Source: Octopus sinensis
Taxonomy: Eukaryota
Assembly: GCF_006345805.1 (NCBI RefSeq)
Contig: NC_043011.1
Span: 37,956,464-38,020,463, forward strand
Direction: 5' to 3'
DNA length: 64,000 nt
Shown here: positions 37,996 to 52,376 of the stretch, piece after piece
How the letters are laid out: every line of letters begins with the position of its first letter
Position numbering within the stretch: position 1 is the stretch's first letter
Notes under the pieces: model-generated
What the model saw: the letters and a program-made list of their open reading frames with translations, nothing else
Databases searched by the model: none
What the model was told of the DNA's origin: nothing
Program-made: the position numbers and the translations under genes

Positions 37996-38561
37996 TAGAA
38001 AGGATTGAGGTAACCTCTCTTGAAGATTCTGGTCATACAGTGATCAATGGCTTCCACGGAAGCTACAGCCCAGAGGACAGCTCAACAGACTTAGTACAAA
38101 GACAAATTTAACTTTCCACTTCGCTATGAAAACGTGGTCCAACGGATGACCTACAAAACGGTTTTGAGGACGGGTTATCTCTTCTGGACCAGAAGATAAA
38201 AAGTGGCTATAACCAAAAATTTTACGGTCTCACATTAGCCTCACCAGCACATTCACACATATACATCGTATCCATAAATTATCTTTGATTTGGAAAATTG
38301 AGAAAAAAAGTTAAATAAGGATAACTCGGCAGAGATTGGTGGAAACAGTCAGACAAATAGTTTCTGTTCTATGTGTTCAGTATCCAAATGTTGGTGAGTA
38401 GGGAAGAGCTGTCAAACAATTGTTGCCTGTAGTATGAATCTGGCTGTGCGTAAATCCCATATCCATCATTGCTACGCCGCCCTTCTCTGTTGTAGAAAGG
38501 GACGAGTTCTCCTCTATCTGGTATTTATGGCAGAACAAGTTGTCTGGTTCTTAAAACTAAC

Positions 38562-39175
38562 AGAATGATTAGCTCTCCGGGCTAAAGGATTTCGTCTGTC
38601 TTTACGTTCTGGTCGACTTTGTCTTCCATTTTTTCGGGGTCGATAAATTAAGTACCAGTGAAACGAAGGGGTCAATGTAATTGACTAGCTCCTTTCCGAA
38701 GAAAGAAAACTAAGATGTTGCTAATAATAGATTTTGAAGCCAAATTCTTATTTTCGAAACAAATGTTTAATATCAAATAGAAAGCAATATTAAAAGATAT
38801 CACACATTTATAAAGTATCTCTGGAAAACATTGTGATATTTTCAACATGACAATCATTGTTGATGCAATAACTATTTTTTCAATTATAATATTTTTAGAG
38901 TTGCTTTGTGTAAGATACTAAAAACGCTTCGAGCCACATCTTAAGATATGGCTCCTGGTACCATGTGAGTTCTGTTCTTAAAGTTAGACTACACAATAAA
39001 ATAATTATTATAATGAAAGCGACGGTCTGGCAGAATAATTAGCAGGTTGGGCGAATTGACTTGCAGCATTTCGTCTGTCTTTGCGCTCTGGTCGACTTTG
39101 CCTTCCATTCTTTCGGGGTCCATAAATTAACTACTAGAGAAACGAAGGCCTTGTGCCTATAGTAGAAAGGATTGT
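38562..39175 (+). mobile_element. Two B-box-deleted SINE family A fragments (38562-38690 and 39017-39175)
   Basis: Both read ...ctg|gtcgactttg and lack agttcaaattccgccgag. Confidence 0.65.
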
Positions 39176-39215
39176 TATCATTATTATTATTAGTAGTAGT
39201 AGTAGCAGCAGCAGA

Positions 39216-39309
<94 letters not shown>

Positions 39310-39567
39310 TTTTACTTCTCAGAATGTTCGGTCTGTTTGTTCAGGTAGATTCTGTGAGGGCGGACTGCAGCCTGCTATCAGAGGATCAGCGGTCTCACAG
39401 GGTTCTTTCCACTCATTATAAGTTTGCTATTTGGTCGTTAATTAGCATGGGAGACATTCACCATCCAAGTATCAATCTCAAAATCCTAGCTGTCCCCCAA
39501 GGAGCAGTTTATTATTATTATTATTATCATTATTATTATTATTACTATTATTATTATTATTATTATA

Positions 39568-39619
<52 letters not shown>

Positions 39620-39642
39620 CATCATCATCATCATCATAATTA

Positions 39643-40205
39643 TTGAATGAGAGCAGTGCATGCCATCAAAGGGACACGGGTAAAATGTACGAAGCCAAGT
39701 ATACCCGTATACCCATCATGACTACCCTTTTCATAAGCGTACACTAGGTACATGCATCACAACCATATGTGCATGACATAGTGATCTCATATCAAGATAA
39801 ATAGCACATGACCTTGTAGATGCGGCCCAGTTAGAATTTTCTTCTTGACGAGTAACGCATCCTGCCCAAAAGGTCCCTGATTAAGGATTGTTTATGGATC
39901 TTGAACGAAACACCCATGTTTCGAGAGCGGAATTATTCCAACCCCAAAGAATCCCTCTCAACACATGTCTATGATGCTCCCCCACTACTTCTACTCGTGG
40001 TCAGAGATGCACATATCGTCAGCCACTAAGGGACATGCTCAACTGGTTAAGGTTAAACAACTGACAAGCAAATCTGTGGTATTGAGCAGAATATTTGCTG
40101 TAGCCCATCTGTTATACCAAGACAAAACAATGTAAATGATAACACTTACAATCAGTTAAGATCAGAAGCCACGAGAGCTACTGCCTTGTTCTGCATCAGA
40201 GCATT
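39643..40205. repeat. Unclassified interspersed repeat E (longer copy)
   Basis: gagagcagtgcatgccatcaaag...ctgcatcagagcatt, flanked by (TTA/ATC)n and (TTG)n. Confidence 0.85.
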
Positions 40206-40211
40206 AGTATT

Positions 40212-40247
<36 letters not shown>

Positions 40248-40255
40248 AGTATTAT

Positions 40256-40455
40256 TAAGGCTGTGTACTGGTAAAATCGTTAGCACGCCGGGCAAAATGC
40301 TTAGTAGGATTTTGTTCGTTCTAAAGTTCTGAACTCATATTCCATCGAGGTCGACTTTGCTTCTCATCCTCTTGAGGTCCACGATATAAGAACCATTGGA
40401 ATACTGCGGTCGATGAAATCTAGTAGCCTCCTCTTGTGCCTATATTAGAAAAGAT
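40256..40455 (+). mobile_element. Diverged SINE family A copy
   Basis: gttagcacgccgggcaaaatgc...gaggtcgactttgc. Confidence 0.7.
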
Positions 40456-40482
40456 TATTATTATGAGTAGTAGTAGTAGTAA

Positions 40483-40815
40483 GGCGCATGGCTCAATGGT
40501 TAGAGCGTCGAGCTTACGATCGTGAGGTTGTGAGCTCGAATCCCGGTCCGGGCTGCGTGTTGTGTTCTTGAGCAAAGCACTTTATGTTCACGTTGCTCCA
40601 GTTCACTCAGCTGTAGAAATGAATTGCGACGTCACTGGTGCCAAGCTGTATCGACCTTTGTCTTTCCCTTGGATAACACTGGTGGCGTGGAGAGGGGAGG
40701 CTGGTATGCATGGGCGACTGCTGGTCTTCCATAAACAACCTTGCCCGGACTTGTGTCTAGGAGGGTAACTTTCTAGGTGCAATCCCATGGTCATTCATGA
40801 CCGAAGGGGGTCTTT
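40483..40815 (+). mobile_element. SINE family C (tRNA-Arg(ACG)-like head, CORE-like domain)
   Basis: ggcgcatggctcaatggttagagcgtcgagcttacgatc...ctcgaatccc followed by ttgtgttcttgagcaaagcact...cagctgtagaaatg. Confidence 0.85.
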
Positions 40816-41496
40816 TAGTAGTAGTAATAGTAGTAGTAGCAGTAATAGTAATAGTAGTTGCTATTATTGTTATTATTATCATGATCACACTTATCTACAT
40901 GATTATCAACATCATCCGCGTTGCCGTTCTCACCATCATCGTAAACGTCATCATGCTCATTTTTATGATTGCAAAACTCTACTATCTATAACATTAATAC
41001 ATGATACATATATAATACCATTATGTAAAATACTGTTTTGTATTGCAATTCCATTAACAGATATGTTTTTGTATTTCGCTCACTACACAATGTAGCAATA
41101 ACCATCTCATATCTATAACTTATCCACTTTGTTTATAGGAAGTCCACAGAATATAGAAACAAGGTAAAACAGTAAAAAATTTTATCTTCCTGACAAAATA
41201 AAGCAAAATATTAGATATTTATATATTATACATTCATAATTTCATAGTAATATGATTATCTACATGTTCTGTATACATGAACGTGCGCGAAAATAAAAGA
41301 AATTATTTTGTACGTTAGTGTATGTGTCTATGTATATATATATGTGTGTGTGTATGTGTATTTGTGTCTGTATCACTATGCAATTATATTTGCGTTTATT
41401 GCAAATTATTATGTAAACTGTGCGATCAATATTTTTCAGTGCGTTCGTACAACTTACAAGATTACACTGAATCTTTCTGTGTGGAATATATATATA

Positions 41497-41920
<424 letters not shown>

Positions 41921-41992
41921 GGATAATATATATATATATATGCACATACACAAAAATATACACACACATATTTATACATATATATATATAGG

Positions 41993-42043
<51 letters not shown>

Positions 42044-42075
42044 GCATATTTTGTAGTAATTTATATTGATACGGG

Positions 42076-43075
42076 TTTTTTTTTTCTTCTGTTTCTCGCC
42101 GAGTGTATTCCGTACACCTAGGGCAGAGAAGCTCATTGTATGCATTCCCAGATTACACTCGCAAATTCACAGATAAATATGTATTTAAAAATTAATAAAT
42201 AAATAAATTCAGGGATGGATGTTGTTTTTCACAGCGATAATGCTCTTCTCAGTACATGAGCCGTTCCAGTTAACATGATTTTTTTGCACTTCCTGTAGGG
42301 ATGGTAAGCCTGGTATCATTTTCAAATAAGTTTCAGTACCTTTTTTCATCATTGCTAGAGATCCTGCAATCACTGGTACTGTAGTCGCCTTGAGATGCCA
42401 CATTTTTTGCAGTTCCTATTAGCTAGTCTCTATATTTACTGATCTTGTCAAATTCCTTCGCCGCTATATTGTGATCGCAATGAATACTCATATCAATTAG
42501 TGAACACATCTTTTTTGTCTGATCTTTTATAATATCCGTTTCATTGGCTTTTATAGCTTTGTCGATATGTACGGGGAAGCCCCATAGAATCGACAGATTT
42601 TCTGCCTCTGTCACAGCTTCAGGATGGTGTTTATACCATTTGTCAGCGGTTTTGATTTTATAACACCGACTTATTGTCCAGTGTAAATACTGGCCGACTC
42701 TGTCATGTCTTGCTTTATACTATACAGATGCTAAGAGTCTACACCCTGAGATTAGGTGGTCTATAGTTTCAATCTCATCGTTACAGTTTCGGCATTTTAG
42801 GTCAGCTCCATTTTGTATAAAATTGGCTTGGTAGTTCCGGGTTAATAAGCTTTTGTTTTGAGAGGCTAATCTGAAACCTTCACTCTCCGCTTTCAGCCCT
42901 GAGCTTCGTAACCATTGGTGCGTGTGTTTCTGGTCGACATCAGCTTGTTTGGTACGGGCCTCATACTTGCCATGCAGAGGTTTCTGTTCCCATCTGTTAG
43001 CTAATTTTTCATGTGCTTGTGTCTTTCCAATTAATTATATTTTCTTTGCAGCAGCAGTTGGCGCATTCCCTTCAA
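42076..43075 (-). mobile_element. 3' fragment of a second R4/Dong subfamily (CCHC + RLE), degraded
   Basis: Clear DNA similarity to 5750-6550 (e.g. ccgactctgtcatgtctt, agttccgggttaataag) with a different 3' UTR. The 5' break abuts a (TAA/TTA)n tract. Confidence 0.88.
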
Positions 43076-43079
43076 CGTA

Positions 43080-43089
43080 ATATTATAAT

Positions 43090-43155
<66 letters not shown>

Positions 43156-43251
43156 CATCATCATCATCATCATTATTACTATTATTATTATAATCATTAT
43201 CATCACCCTCACATCAGCAGCAGCATCATCATCATCACCATCATCATCACC

Positions 43252-43299
<48 letters not shown>

Positions 43300-43425
43300 G
43301 TCATCATCATCATCGTCATCATCACCATCATCATCATCACCATCATCATCATAATCATCATCATCCTCATCCTCATCATCATCATCATCATCATTATTAT
43401 TATTATTACTATTATTATTATTATA
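43080..43425. repeat. Compound (TAA)/(TTA)/(ATC)n microsatellite
   Basis: Directly visible. Confidence 0.97.
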
Positions 43426-43775
43426 TCTGTTGCTGAGTAAATCAGACTATTTTCGAACGCTTGAAGTAAGTCCATTTTAATACAATTTTTTACACTCTTT
43501 TGGTTCCGTTTATTCGCTTTACACTTTGTTCCAAGTTGTTAATAGAAACACCAAGAAACTGTCACTGGGTTTCTGTGTTTGGTTTCCCCCCTCCCCCACC
43601 GCCGGTCTTCATTCGACACCCACTCCAAATATGTTCAGTGGGTTTTTTCATTTGTAATTGAAAAAGATGCCGGCCCGCATCTTGACAGAGTTAAGAAAGA
43701 CTACTGCCCCTCCTGTAGGTCTAGTGACATCTGAAGATATCCCTGCCCTTCACTCCGTTACTGGCAACAACACAT

Positions 43776-44323
43776 GAGAGGTGTCACATGTAGGACAGTT
43801 CCGGTTATCAGCCGAATCCCCGCCACCTTCTTTTGGCCAGGAAGGAAATGCAGTTTTCCTGTGCCTGGTAGCTATAGCGAAAGAGGTAGTGTGGTGGATG
43901 AAGCTGAAAGGACTGAGGACAGAAACTTTCCTCTTCAGCCGAGCCCTTATCGACATTTTCAAGTTCCACTCGAAAAAAAAGCGAGGGTAGAGAGACAAGT
44001 AATGTTGTTGAATGGTGGGTGAATGTTCCGAAAATGATTCGTGTGAATGGCCCTACTCTGGATTTCGTTTGTAAGCCGGAGCATTTGAGGGAAGAGGGGT
44101 GCCTACCTGGCGTGCTCTTTGCATTTGAGTTGACCAGGATGTGTGGGGTGTCCTGGTTGGCCTTGGGTGGAACTACCCCTATGGGGTATTTTTGTTAAAT
44201 AATCTTTGTTAACTGTTTATTATTTTTTCTTCTCTAGACGTTTTCTGTTTAAAACCCCACTTGTCTCTTATTTTGTATTGTCCTTAAGTTTTGGTGTTCG
44301 GCCCTAGTGGCCAATAAAGAAAG
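43776..44323 (+). mobile_element. 3' end of an L1/Tx1-clade LINE (ORF2 C-terminus + 3' UTR)
   Basis: Translation FLCLVAIAKEVVWWMKLKG...FKFH..K.RVER resembles Tx1 ORF2 C-termini. It ends in AATAAAGAAA before the TTA repeats. Confidence 0.65.
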
Positions 44324-44433
44324 GATTATCATTATTATTATTATTATTTTTATTTATTTAATATTATTATTATTATTACTTTTATTTTTATTATTTTTAT
44401 TATTATAATTATTATTATTATTAGTATAAATAT

Positions 44434-44683
44434 CTTTTCTTTTCTTCTTTCAAATTTGCTTCCATTTCTTGCCGAGTGTCTTCCCGACTCCTAGGGCATA
44501 GAAACTCATAGTATACATTGGTAGGCCATTAAACTAAACTCATTAGTTCCGTCATTTATTTTTTTAAGTTAAATTAAAATACAGGGGTAGTAATAGTTCT
44601 CACATCGACAATGCTCTTCTTAATACGTGTGATGTACCAGTTAGACAATCTTTTGCACTTCTTGCAGGAATGGTAAGCCAGGG

Positions 44684-44685
<2 letters not shown>
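44434..44685 (-). mobile_element. Short 3'-terminal R4/Dong copy (same subfamily as 5565-8943)
   Basis: Aligns by eye to 5570-5828 and has (TTA)n on both sides. Confidence 0.9.
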
Positions 44686-44723
<38 letters not shown>

Positions 44724-44735
44724 TATTATTATTAA

Positions 44736-44779
<44 letters not shown>

Positions 44780-44876
44780 TATTATTATTATATATTATTA
44801 TTATTTTTATTAATATTATTATTATATTATTATTATTATTATTATTATTATATTATTATTATTATTATTATTATTG
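44686..44876. repeat. (TTA)n microsatellite
   Basis: Directly visible. Confidence 0.97.
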
Positions 44877-44877
44877 T

Positions 44878-45385
44878 TAAGGCGGTGAGCTGGCAGAATT
44901 GATTTTACAACAGGAAAAATGCTTAGCGGTCATTCGTCCGTCTTGACATACTGAGTTCAAATTCTAACGAGGCCGACTTTGCTTTTCATCCATTCGGGTT
45001 CGATAAATTAATTACCAGTAAAGCACTAGGGTCGATATAATCGACTAGTCCCTCCCTGCACCTCCCTCCCCCTAAAAATTTGCAGGCGTTGTGTCTTTAA
45101 AAGAAAGGATTATTTTTACTATTATTATTGTTATTTGTATTATTATTGTCATTATCAATGATGTTGCTGGTGTTATTGTGGATGAGGATAATATCATTAT
45201 CACTCACGCCGGGCGAAATGCGGTATTTCGTCTGCCGCTACGTTCTGAATTCAAATTCCGCCGTGGTCGACTTTGCCTTTCATCCTTTCGGGGTCGATTA
45301 AATAAGTACCAGTTACGCACTGAGGTCAATGTGATCGATTTAATTTCTTCCCACAAATTCCAGGCCTTGTACTTCCAGTAGAAAT
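44878..45385 (+). mobile_element. Two SINE family A copies (44878-45110 and 45203-45385)
   Basis: Head and core motifs as in 2466-2712. Confidence 0.75.
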
Positions 45386-45458
45386 GATATTATTATTACG
45401 GACTTCAGTATCCTCTCCTTTCTCCTTATGATCATCATCATCATCATCATCATTGTCG

Positions 45459-45492
<34 letters not shown>

Positions 45493-45547
45493 TACTGTCA
45501 TCATCATCATCATCATAATCATCATCTTCATCATTACTATCATCATG

Positions 45548-45578
<31 letters not shown>

Positions 45579-46807
45579 GCGACGTCTGTAGCAACAAATT
45601 ATCGTTTTTTTATATTTTTTGTGTTGCTTTTTTTTTCTTTTTTTTCTTTTTGCTTTGTTTCTTTGTGTGTCTATAGCGTTCTAGTAAAACCGATTTTTCA
45701 AAAGAAGAATTCTTTGTGAAAGAAACATGCTTCGGTAATTGACTGATGATGAAAGAATTAGAAAATAACTTTTATATTCAAATAATACATAAAAAGATAT
45801 TACTTTCTTATTTGTTGCGTGTCTGTTTTTCCCTTTATTATCTTTTTTTCTTTCAGTCTTTTATAATACAAGACTTCTTTGTATAATTGGGCTTCGGTTT
45901 ATTTATCTAGTCGTTTTACTTGTTTTTTTGTTTTTTACTTTTTTTTATTTTTTCCATGTGTTTGTTTTGTGTTTATGAAGCAGTTGTATATATATATATT
46001 TTAAGCACTTTTCTGTTTTATGTATTGTCTCTCTTATATTTCTATGTATGAATGCTTTTGTGGATGTGTGTATGTCTACGCATGAACATCTTTGTGTGTG
46101 CGTGTGTGCGTGTGTGTGTGTTGCGTGTGTGTGTGTGTGTGTGTGTCTGTGTGCGTGCGTATGTCCGTTTGTGTGGTTGGCTATTTTCAACATGCAATGA
46201 ATTGAAGACATTCTCAGATTCTATAAACATGGTTTGGAAGTGTTCTTTAACTTAAAAACAAAAAAAAACACCTTTTATTAACGTTTACTATTACCACTAA
46301 AACCACCTCCACCGCTGCTGCTGCTACTGCTACTACTACTACTGCTGCTGCTGCTGCTGATGATGATACTGCTATGACGACGACAAACGTTATTACTACT
46401 ACTACTACTACTACTACTACTAATACTAAAGCTGCTACCTCTAATTTTACAGATGACGACGACGGCTAATACTACTTCTACTACTAAAACAAATACTGCA
46501 AAATCTAATGTTGATGCTGCAGGTGGTGGTGCTGCTGCTGCTGCGGCTACTACTACTACTACCAGCACCACAACTACTACTACTACTACTACTATTGTAC
46601 TGCAACTGCCGTTGCTGCTGCTGCTGCTGCTGTTGCCACTTCTTGACTTTTTTATATTCTTTTTCTTTTCCCCGTCGTTTTTATTGTTATTATTCTAATT
46701 TTTATTGTTATTGTTAAAATTGTTTGCCTTGTATTTGTTGCTGTTGTTCCTTCTATTCTTTTGTCATTGTCGTCAAACATGCTTCGCATACAATTTATTC
46801 AATTTAT

Positions 46808-46867
<60 letters not shown>

Positions 46868-47889
46868 TCTGTTGTAGATAACAAAATATGAAATAAGAGA
46901 CAATGCGAATGGATGAAAGAAACGAAGAAAAAAATTAATGAAATTATTCGAAAGAATACTAGCATTGTCTTGATTGAAATTTCTTTCCTTAACAAAAAAG
47001 AATATAGCTGCACAAAAAGTATAGAATTTCGTCCAGTTCATTAGAATAGTTCTTTTCAGTGCTTTTATATGCGATAAAGAGAAACAGGTAAAAAGAAAAC
47101 TATGTACGTATAATGAAATTATAAATACGGTAGCTTTTGGAAAGTCTGGTTACGTTTGTGTACATGTATGTTGTATTTAATTACTGCAGATACTAATATA
47201 TTTTGGAGTTTAACTGTCTTCTGCAATCACACATATTCTGTCTGCTTGTTTCTACTGAAGTTATTCAGAATGGATTATTGATGTAACGGCAGATAGTTCA
47301 CTATTATATGTTATTTTATATTATTTCATTCTATTTATATTGGTATTTTAGGTGACATAAGCATTAAGGATGTTCTGCCCGTTATACACACTTTACGGTC
47401 TTCTAAGGTGTTTTGTCCGTAATTCTATGTCCATCGCAATGTTGGAAACATTTCCGTATTATCAGTAGGTACCTCATGGTCACGAGCGCTTCACCCCTTA
47501 GCTTGTACTCTTTGCTTGATTGAGACAGCGAGGACTGAAGTGGTTTTCTCTTGCGGAAGCGTTCAGACTCTTATCAAACTTAACTAACATAGATGCTAAA
47601 ATTTAATCCAGTTCATCAGAGTAGTACTCTGCGACGGTTTTATATGTGAATTGAGAAAATTAGTTAAAAATGTAAAAAAGAAGCGGTGATAATAGATTTA
47701 TACACGTATATTATGATTAATTGTTGCAGATTTTCATATATTATATGCTACATTATTTTGTAAGTTTCGCATATTTTGCTCGCTAGTTCCTACATGCATC
47801 AGTAAAAATTGATTTCAGCTGTAAGTGTAGTTACTTTCATTTTTTATTTTACCGGTTTCAGCTCATGCGCACCACCAACAGGTACACTA

Positions 47890-48135
47890 CATTTTCATTA
47901 ATCCTCCTTTAATAGTTGGCTTTCAGTAAATGTGGGAGTTTGAGGCTACTGTCCTCATTGCCACTTCCTACCGTGAAGTTGAATCTCAAGCCATTACAGA
48001 AGCCGGTCCAGCATTTCGAAGGCAAGGATGTGATTTTAAGCCATATACAATAGCAAACTGTTCCACCGATATTATAGCTACCCCGACGTTTACGAAAATT
48101 CCTTCCAGGATCTTCCACATGTACATTGCAGCTTA
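47890..48135 (-). mobile_element. Possible decayed CR1/L2-type LINE C-terminal fragment
   Basis: A minus-strand frame reads MYMWKILEGIFVNVG, similar to the post-RT motif IYxWKILEGxxPN. Confidence 0.35.
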
Positions 48136-48268
48136 GTTTATATTACATTTTAAATAATATTATATTTGTTTATTTATGATTTGTATTTATGTGGCCGAAA
48201 TAAATAAAACAATTTGTCTCTTATAGCAATTGTGATTAGTACACCTTTAACAAGCAAAACGAAATATA

Positions 48269-48802
48269 TTGGGTTGTCCGGTAAGTTCGTGCCGATTTTT
48301 AAAGGAAAGATAAAGGTAAATAAATAATCGTCATTACATTTTTAATAACCAAATATGAATCATTTTGTTGCACAATGCGTCTCCATCTTTCTTTAACTTC
48401 AAAATACCCTCTTCCCAGAATTTAGGTGGTTTCATGGCAAAGAATTCATCAAGGTATCTTTTTACGTCATCCAAGGCATTGAAATTTTTACCATTAAGAC
48501 TATTCTGCAGAGACCTGAATAAGTGGAATTCCGAAGGAGCAATATCTGGTGAATATGGAGGGTGGGGTAACACATCACAGCCGAGCATCAAGTGCCGAAA
48601 ATGAACTTTCTTATCTTCCATTTTAAAGCGTTACAGAATTAACACAGGTTATGGGAACATAAACCTTTTTCCACGAAAAGATAGCTTAAACTGTGCTCTA
48701 AACGGAGGTGTAGTCAAATCCTATTTATGAACTCAACCATGTTCTAAAATAAGTCGAAATTTAAGCTACTATAAATCGGCACGAACTTTCCGGACAACCC
48801 AA
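48269..48802 (-). mobile_element. Non-autonomous mariner, same family, different internal deletion
   Basis: Near-perfect TIRs and TA TSD. ORF 48334-48621 fuses the N-terminus MEDKKVHFRHLML to HPPYSPDIAPSEFHLF. Confidence 0.95.
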
Positions 48803-49323
48803 TATAATCGTGTAAAGATTCAAGAACATACCTTAATGAACTCCAGCAACGGGTTGAATATCGAACGTAATGATATGGCTGTAAAATTTAAAGTACATGT
48901 AATAATCTGCATACAGTAGAAGATGTCAAATCTAAGGCCTCAGAAGCTACACATTTCCTAAGCTGACTATTATATAGATTTGCTCATACCCGTTGGAAAT
49001 ATTTTACAGATGGCTGAGCTGATGAATGGTGATTACCACGTTTGAATTTTATTGATATATATCCCATCGCTACATGGCGATTTGTAGCCGCAGCAAAATT
49101 TATTTAATTATAAGAAGGAGAATAAATGATATCCTGATTCCGTTTGATATTCCTGGTCTTTGATTGCTTTTAGCAAAAATTTCTCTATTTTGAGCATCCA
49201 AGCAGAAATCACAGAGATAACAGTTGCTGATCGTATGACATCAGCCTGTTCGATCTTACCAAAGAAATCATTCAATTGTGATATGCAATACACACCTTCT
49301 TTTTTCTCTCTCTCTCCTCGCCC

Positions 49324-49385
<62 letters not shown>

Positions 49386-49508
49386 ATATATATTCAACTG
49401 CCTTAGAATTTCAAGGACCCGTTGGATGGTATGTTCTATGATATACGAAACAATTGAAATAGTTGCGGCTGGAACTCTTTTGATCATGCATGATCGATCC
49501 CCAATGAC

Positions 49509-49547
<39 letters not shown>

Positions 49548-49597
49548 CGCACAGATATATATATATATACATACATACATATATATATATATGTATG

Positions 49598-49755
<158 letters not shown>

Positions 49756-50194
49756 TTCACCACCAGCAAGAACAAACAAAAAACAAGAGGAGACGTATAT
49801 CATTTATCAGATGAATGATAGATAAAACATGAAATGAGAAAACATTGCATCGCTACGATTGAAACGGCCATCGATTTCTCTAGACGGTGATTAATCTTTA
49901 TTATTTAAACAATTTGACGTCCACGCTGTGCATTTCTCACGGCCTGCAACACTTGTGACATTCATGCTGGTATCATTTTTGATGCAAATTCTTAGCAAAA
50001 AAAACACCCCCCTTTAAAGCGTATCTCAATTTATTGGCGTTGGCATTGATGTGTGGTGAAGAAGCTCGCTGTGCAAGCAAATGGTTTCGGGATCATTCCT
50101 ATTGCGTAGAATACCGAGGAAAATGTCTTTTAGTTTCTTCTCGAGCCAATGGAAGCAATGTGGGTGACTGTTGTGTGTGTGTTTGTATATAAAT

Positions 50195-50229
<35 letters not shown>

Positions 50230-50244
50230 TTATGCATATATTAA

Positions 50245-50511
50245 GTGACCGACCAGACCATCAGATGTTGCTACACATCGCTGGTCACAATGCGTTCGCA
50301 TTGCTTTAGCCTTCGGGCAGGCCAACAGACGAAAGGGTGAGAGAAAGAGTGGTGAAAGAGTACAGCAGGGATCACCACTCCCTGCCGGAGCCTCGTGGAG
50401 ATTTTAGGTGTTTTCGCTCAATAAACACTCACAACGCCCGGTCTGGGAATCGAAACCGTGATCGTACGACCGCGAGTCCGCTGCCTTAACCACTGGGCCA
50501 TTGCGCCTCCA
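50245..50511 (-). mobile_element. SINE family D variant with a different 3' tail
   Basis: The first ~170 nt match 56360-56535, then an unrelated tail follows. Confidence 0.85.
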
Positions 50512-50708
50512 TATGTATATATAAGGGTATGAAAGGTATTCGTTTCAGGGAGACCCAAACTGTATCCGGGAAATGCTAAGTGCTATGGATAGACCATGGT
50601 TAAGCTCCTGGCTCCATAATGATACGAATGAGGAGTCCTACGTGGGTCATGTATAACATGCATATATATATATGTATGTATGTATATGTATATATATATA
50701 TATGCGGG

Positions 50709-51000
50709 GACCCCCTTCGGTTACAAACGACCATGGGATTGCACCAAGTAAGTTACTCTCCAAGGCACAAGTCCGGGCAAGTTTGTTTATGGAAGACCAG
50801 CAGTCGTCTATGTATACCAGCCTCCTCTCTCCACGCCACCGATGTTATCCAACTGATTTCTACAGCTGAGTGAACTGGAGTAACGTGAAATAAACTGTCT
50901 TACTTAAGACAAGAGCAAAACACGCAGGCCGGTCCAGTATTCGAACTCACAATATCACGGTCGTAAAATCGACGCTCTAACCACTGGGCCATGCGCCTTC
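50709..51000 (-). mobile_element. SINE family C copy
   Basis: Reverse complement of 40483-40815 with an internal deletion. Confidence 0.82.
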
Positions 51001-51090
51001 ACTCTATATATAAGATAAAACTTTTGTTTTTTTCAATTTTATCAGTGGTCAGCATATAAAAAAATCTACTGATTAAGGTGAAGTCATATA

Positions 51091-51494
51091 CTCTTTACTC
51101 TTTTACTTGTTTCAGTTTTTGACTGCGGCCATACTGGAGCACCGCCCTCAGTAGAGCTAATCGACCCTATTACTTATTCTTTAGAATCCTAGTACTTATT
51201 CTATCGGCCACTTTTGCCGAACAGCTTTTTTTGCGCAAACACACCAGCATCGGTTGTCAGGCAATGCTAGGGGGACAAACACAGACACACAAACACACAC
51301 AAACACACATATATATGTATACATATATACGACGGGCTTCTTTCAGTTTCCGTCTACCAAATCCACTCACAAGGCTTTGGTCGGCCCGAGGCTATAGTAG
51401 AAGACACTTGCCCAAGGTGACACGCAGTGGGACTGAACCCGGAACTATGTGGTTGGTAAGCAAGCTACTTACCACACAGCCACTCCTGCGCCTA
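51091..51494 (-). mobile_element. SINE family B, full length
   Basis: Aligns over its whole length to 36146-36570. Confidence 0.88.
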
Positions 51495-51988
51495 TATATA
51501 TATATATATATATATAGTATCGCGGTTCAACTATTGCGTTTTATTATTTAAGTTTACACAGATTCCTCTGAGATGTTGTTTGGCATTTGTAATTAAACAA
51601 ATACATACAAATTATGAAAATATATTTAAAAATATATACAGTGCACTACTGGTTATACTTCGCGGATTTTCACCCATCACGGGTTTTTTTTTTTTTAAGA
51701 TAAAACCAGCGATAGTCGTGAGGGATTACTGTATATGCAAATATAATGCTGTGCATATACACGTTGAATGTCCACATATTTTCCGAGTTCAAATTTCCCC
51801 ACGGTAACAGAAGTCGTTGACCCAATTTTGTTCAACTATCATTTCTGTGTTCAGTTGCAAACCTTTGCAGGTTTTAGGACAGAACAAAAGTTCTCTGATG
51901 TAAATTTTTTTAAAAACAAATTTATACTCGGACTTGTAATGTATGTTAACTTGAAATATATTTTACAGTATATAAAATATATTATAAT

Positions 51989-52376
51989 ATAGGCGCAGGA
52001 GTGGGTGTGTCGTAAGTAGCTTGATCCGAAATACAGGGTACCGGATTCAGTCCCACTGCATGGCACCTTCGGTAAGTGTCTTCTACTATAGCCCCCTGGC
52101 CGACCAAGGCCTTGTCAGTGGATTTGGCAGACGGAAACGGAAAGAAGCCCGTCGTATATATACATATATATATGTATGTGTGTGTGTGTTTGTCCCCCCA
52201 ACATCACTTGACAACCGATGCTGGTGTGTTTACATCCCCGTAACCTAGCGGTTCGGCACAAGAGACCGAAAGAATAAGTACTGGGCTTACAAAGAATAAG
52301 TCATGGGGTCGATTTGCTCGACTAACAGCGGTGCTCCAGCATGGCCGCAGTCAAATGACTGAAACAAGTAAAAGAG
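51989..52376 (+). mobile_element. SINE family B, full length
   Basis: Reverse complement of 51091-51494. Confidence 0.88.

Noticed and set aside
40483-40555. tRNA-Arg(ACG)-like sequence; similar heads at 56361 and 50440-50511
   Set aside because: The acceptor stem is not closed, and the sequence continues into a multicopy SINE body.
43560-43775. Possible inverted 5' part of the Tx1-like fragment
   Set aside because: I could not recognise LINE protein motifs in any frame, so the inversion is unsupported.
49028-49055. CTGATGA followed by the hairpin ATGGT-GATT-ACCAC
   Set aside because: It is followed by GTTT instead of GAAA, with no stem III or cleavage site.
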